A stretch of DNA of 62,744 bases, the filler included. It is 5 parts of 5 records of this genome, joined end to end, with 100 filler letters (N's around TTAATTAATTAA, not from the genome) between each part and the next. Parts side by side here need not be neighbours in the genome. Positions count along the whole stretch, not along the records: positions 55,959 to 62,744 come from SRR20825010_3057; 4 more parts are not named here. One strand, written 5' to 3'. The stretch's first letter is position 1, and the number at the start of each line of letters is the position of its first letter. Made by a program: the position numbers and the translations under genes. This document shows, piece by piece, positions 60,502 through 62,744 of this stretch. The notes beneath the pieces are model-generated. The model was given only the letters and a program-made list of their open reading frames with translations. It made no database searches and was not told where the DNA came from.

Positions 60502-62127
60502 TCAGCGGTTTTTTGCGGCCTCCAGAATGATGCCGCTCGCCTTCTCGCCAACCATGATGGAGGGTGCGTTAATGTTTCCGGACGTCACCGCCGGGAAGAT
60601 CGAGGCGTCGGCGACACGCAGATTCTCCACGCCATACACTTTCAGGCTCGGATCGACGACGCAGGTCTGTGCATCGGGCCCCATCATGCAGGTGCTGCAT
60701 GGATGGAAGACGCTGCCGCCCTTGGTCCGGATGTAGTCGAGCATGGCCTCGTCGCTGTCCACATCGGGGCCGGGGAAGAGTTCTTCCTGCACGATGTCCT
60801 TCATGGTCGGCGTGCTGGTGAGCTGGCGCAGGAATTTCAGCCCTTCCAGATTGTCCTGCAGGTCGTGCTCGGTCGCCAGATAGTTGGGCTGAATTTCAGG
60901 AGCGGCCTCTGGGTCGGCGGAACGAAGGCGCAGATAGCCCCGGCTGGTCGGGCGGCAGGGGGAAATGCTCAGGATGAAACCGGCGAAAGGATCAGGGTGC
61001 ATCAACGCGCGTTTGCCCGGCGGGCCTTTCAGATAGCTCAGCGGCGAGAAATAAAGCTGCATGTTGGGCCGCTCTAGGTCCGGGCGGGTTTTGAAGAAGC
61101 CGCCGCCCTGATTGAGGCTCAGGGACATCGGGCCACGGCGCGCGAACACATACTGCATCCCGGCCCAGAGTTTCCCCCACCACGGCGTCAGCGTGTTGTT
61201 GAGCGTCGGCAGCCTGGATTTCAGCGTCTGGTCGACGATGTAATGATCTTGCATGTTCCGGCCGACACCGGGGCGATCAACCAGCACGTCGATCCCGGCT
61301 GCCTTCAAATCCTCCGCCGGTCCGATACCGGAGCGCATCAGCAGCAGAGGGCTGCCGACCGCGCCGGCGGCGACAATCACCTCGGCTTTTGCATGCGCGT
61401 GTTTCAGCTTCCCGCGGCATCTGTATTCGACGCCGGTTGCGCGGGTCCCGTCGAACAGCAGGCGCTCTGCCATGGCATGCTTCTCTACCCGCAGATTTGG
61501 CCGCCGCCGTGCGGGCCAGAGATAGGCGCGGGCGGCGGACATGCGCAGGCCGTCCCGGGTCGTGACGTGGTAGGCGCCGACGCCTTCCTGGCTGGCGCCG
61601 TTGAAATCATCGTTGCGCGGCAGACCGGCTTCTTCGCCAGCCTTGATATAGGCCTCGCAGAGCGGATGAAGCTCGTCTTTCGGAGCGCTTACATGGACCG
61701 GACCGGAGCTGCCATGCCAGACGCTCTCGCCCCATTCGTGGCTTTCCATCCGGCGATAGACGGGCAGGATGTCATCCCAGCCCCAGCCGGGATTGCCTGC
61801 ATCGCGCCAATCGTCAAAATCTCCACTCTGGCCACGGATATAAACCATCGCGTTGATCGAGCTTGAGCCGCCAAGCACCTTGCCGCGGGGCCAGTAGCTC
61901 GGGCGGTCTCCGGCCGTTGGCACCGGCTCTGTCATGTACATCCAGTTCACCGACGGGTTGTAGAATGACTTACCGTAGCCGATAGGCACCTGGACCCAGA
62001 ACCGCCGGTCGTCGCCACCCGCTTCCAGCAGCAGCACCCGGTGCCGTCCGTTCTCGCTGAGGCGCCCGGCAAGCGCACATCCTGCCGACCCGGCGCCGAC
62101 GATGATGTAGTCAAACTGATCTTCCAA
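60502..62127 (-). CDS. GMC oxidoreductase (choline dehydrogenase-like)
   Basis: GAGSAG, RGKVLGGSSSINAM, GRNMQDH, FHPCSTC, SGNINAP. Confidence 0.92.
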   Translation of the reverse strand: MEDQFDYIIVGAGSAGCALAGRLSENGRHRVLLLEAGGDDRRFWVQVPIGYGKSFYNPSVNWMYMTEPVPTAGDRPSYWPRGKVLGGSSSINAMVYIRGQSGDFDDWRDAGNPGWGWDDILPVYRRMESHEWGESVWHGSSGPVHVSAPKDELHPLCEAYIKAGEEAGLPRNDDFNGASQEGVGAYHVTTRDGLRMSAARAYLWPARRRPNLRVEKHAMAERLLFDGTRATGVEYRCRGKLKHAHAKAEVIVAAGAVGSPLLLMRSGIGPAEDLKAAGIDVLVDRPGVGRNMQDHYIVDQTLKSRLPTLNNTLTPWWGKLWAGMQYVFARRGPMSLSLNQGGGFFKTRPDLERPNMQLYFSPLSYLKGPPGKRALMHPDPFAGFILSISPCRPTSRGYLRLRSADPEAAPEIQPNYLATEHDLQDNLEGLKFLRQLTSTPTMKDIVQEELFPGPDVDSDEAMLDYIRTKGGSVFHPCSTCMMGPDAQTCVVDPSLKVYGVENLRVADASIFPAVTSGNINAPSIMVGEKASGIILEAAKNR

Positions 62128-62130
62128 CTC

Positions 62131-62744
62131 TCAAACCCTTACTGTCTTCGCTTTCCGGCTGTCGCGGAAAGCGTTGTCGAGAACATTCGCCATGACCCTG
62201 GATCCCGCTTCGATATCTGCTGGTGGAACTCCGCTGAAGCCGAGCACGAGGCCGTTCAGGCAGAGAGGGGCGATGGCATAGCGGCTGAATGGTGTCACCG
62301 TGATGCCGGCCTTGTCTGCTGCGTCCGCGACCAAACTTTCGTCAAGCTCGTCAGGGAGATGCGCAATTGTGTGAAGACCGGTATCGGTCGGCTTCAGTTT
62401 CAGCAACCCATCAAGCTCCCGGTCGGCACAGGTTTTCAGTACCTGATAGCGCTCCGTATAGACCCGCCGCATCCGCCGGAGATGGGTCGCGAAATGGCCT
62501 TCATCCATGAATCCCGCAACAATGGCCTGCTGGTTCAGGGGCGCGCTGGGCAGATAGGCGGAGAACATCCGCTCGAGCCGCTCGACGAAGGCCAGAGGCA
62601 CCAGCATGTAGCCGAGCCGAAGTGCGGGGAACAATGTCTTGCTGAAAGTGCCGACATAGAACACGCGGTCGGCATGGTCGATGCTTTTCAGGGTCGGGAT
62701 CGGGTGGTCGCCGTAATAGAATTCGCCATCATAATCATCCTCGA
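62131..62744 (-). CDS. MocR/GabR PLP-dependent regulator, C-terminal fragment
   Basis: EDDYDGEF at the window end, GTFSKTLFPALRLGY, HLRRMR, LVLGF. Confidence 0.88.
   Translation of the reverse strand, partial: EDDYDGEFYYGDHPIPTLKSIDHADRVFYVGTFSKTLFPALRLGYMLVPLAFVERLERMFSAYLPSAPLNQQAIVAGFMDEGHFATHLRRMRRVYTERYQVLKTCADRELDGLLKLKPTDTGLHTIAHLPDELDESLVADAADKAGITVTPFSRYAIAPLCLNGLVLGFSGVPPADIEAGSRVMANVLDNAFRDSRKAKTVRV

Noticed and set aside
60427-61874. Long alternative-frame ORFs within GC-rich genes (also 52351-55811, 56893-58517, 59376-60426)
   Set aside because: Shadow ORFs overlapping well-supported genes or the tRNA, with no motifs of their own.

Overview
The window is five unrelated contigs joined by four 100-nt N spacers, each containing a TTAATTAATTAA linker (14208-14307, 45800-45899, 51000-51099, 55859-55958). 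Adjacency across a spacer has no biological meaning. Contigs 1-3 look like Bacteroidota (TAnnTTTG promoters, lipoproteins, T9SS C-terminal domains). Contig 4 looks proteobacterial (patatin, cNMP phosphodiesterase, two-partner secretion). Contig 5 is GC-rich and probably alphaproteobacterial (MCP, Cpx-like two-component pair, tRNA-Ser, GMC oxidoreductase). All taxonomy is inferred. The best candidate for an undescribed system is 21939-28982 in contig 2. It has an ECF sigma factor and a TM-TPR anti-sigma transcribed divergently from a membrane-anchored DUF7619-like protein and an exported, membrane-anchored TPR-CHAT (caspase-like) protease with an intact His/Cys dyad. Downstream are two tandem paralogous ~157-aa ORFs ending in hydrophobic GxxxG tails like those of two-peptide bacteriocins. 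A bipartite motif TGGTTAG-N16-(G/A)(C/G)ACT occurs three times with identical spacing: before the twin ORFs, before the DUF7619-like gene and before the sigma gene. This suggests one ECF regulon controlled by the protease. Other items include partial rnpB, tRNA-Leu-tig, palindromic operators (YtrA, Fic, ArsR), a REP-like cluster, an apparently circularly permuted GH114-like protein, and a signal-less (GGP)6 protein divergent from a CpxRA-like pair. Family assignments were made by eye from motifs; no searches were run.
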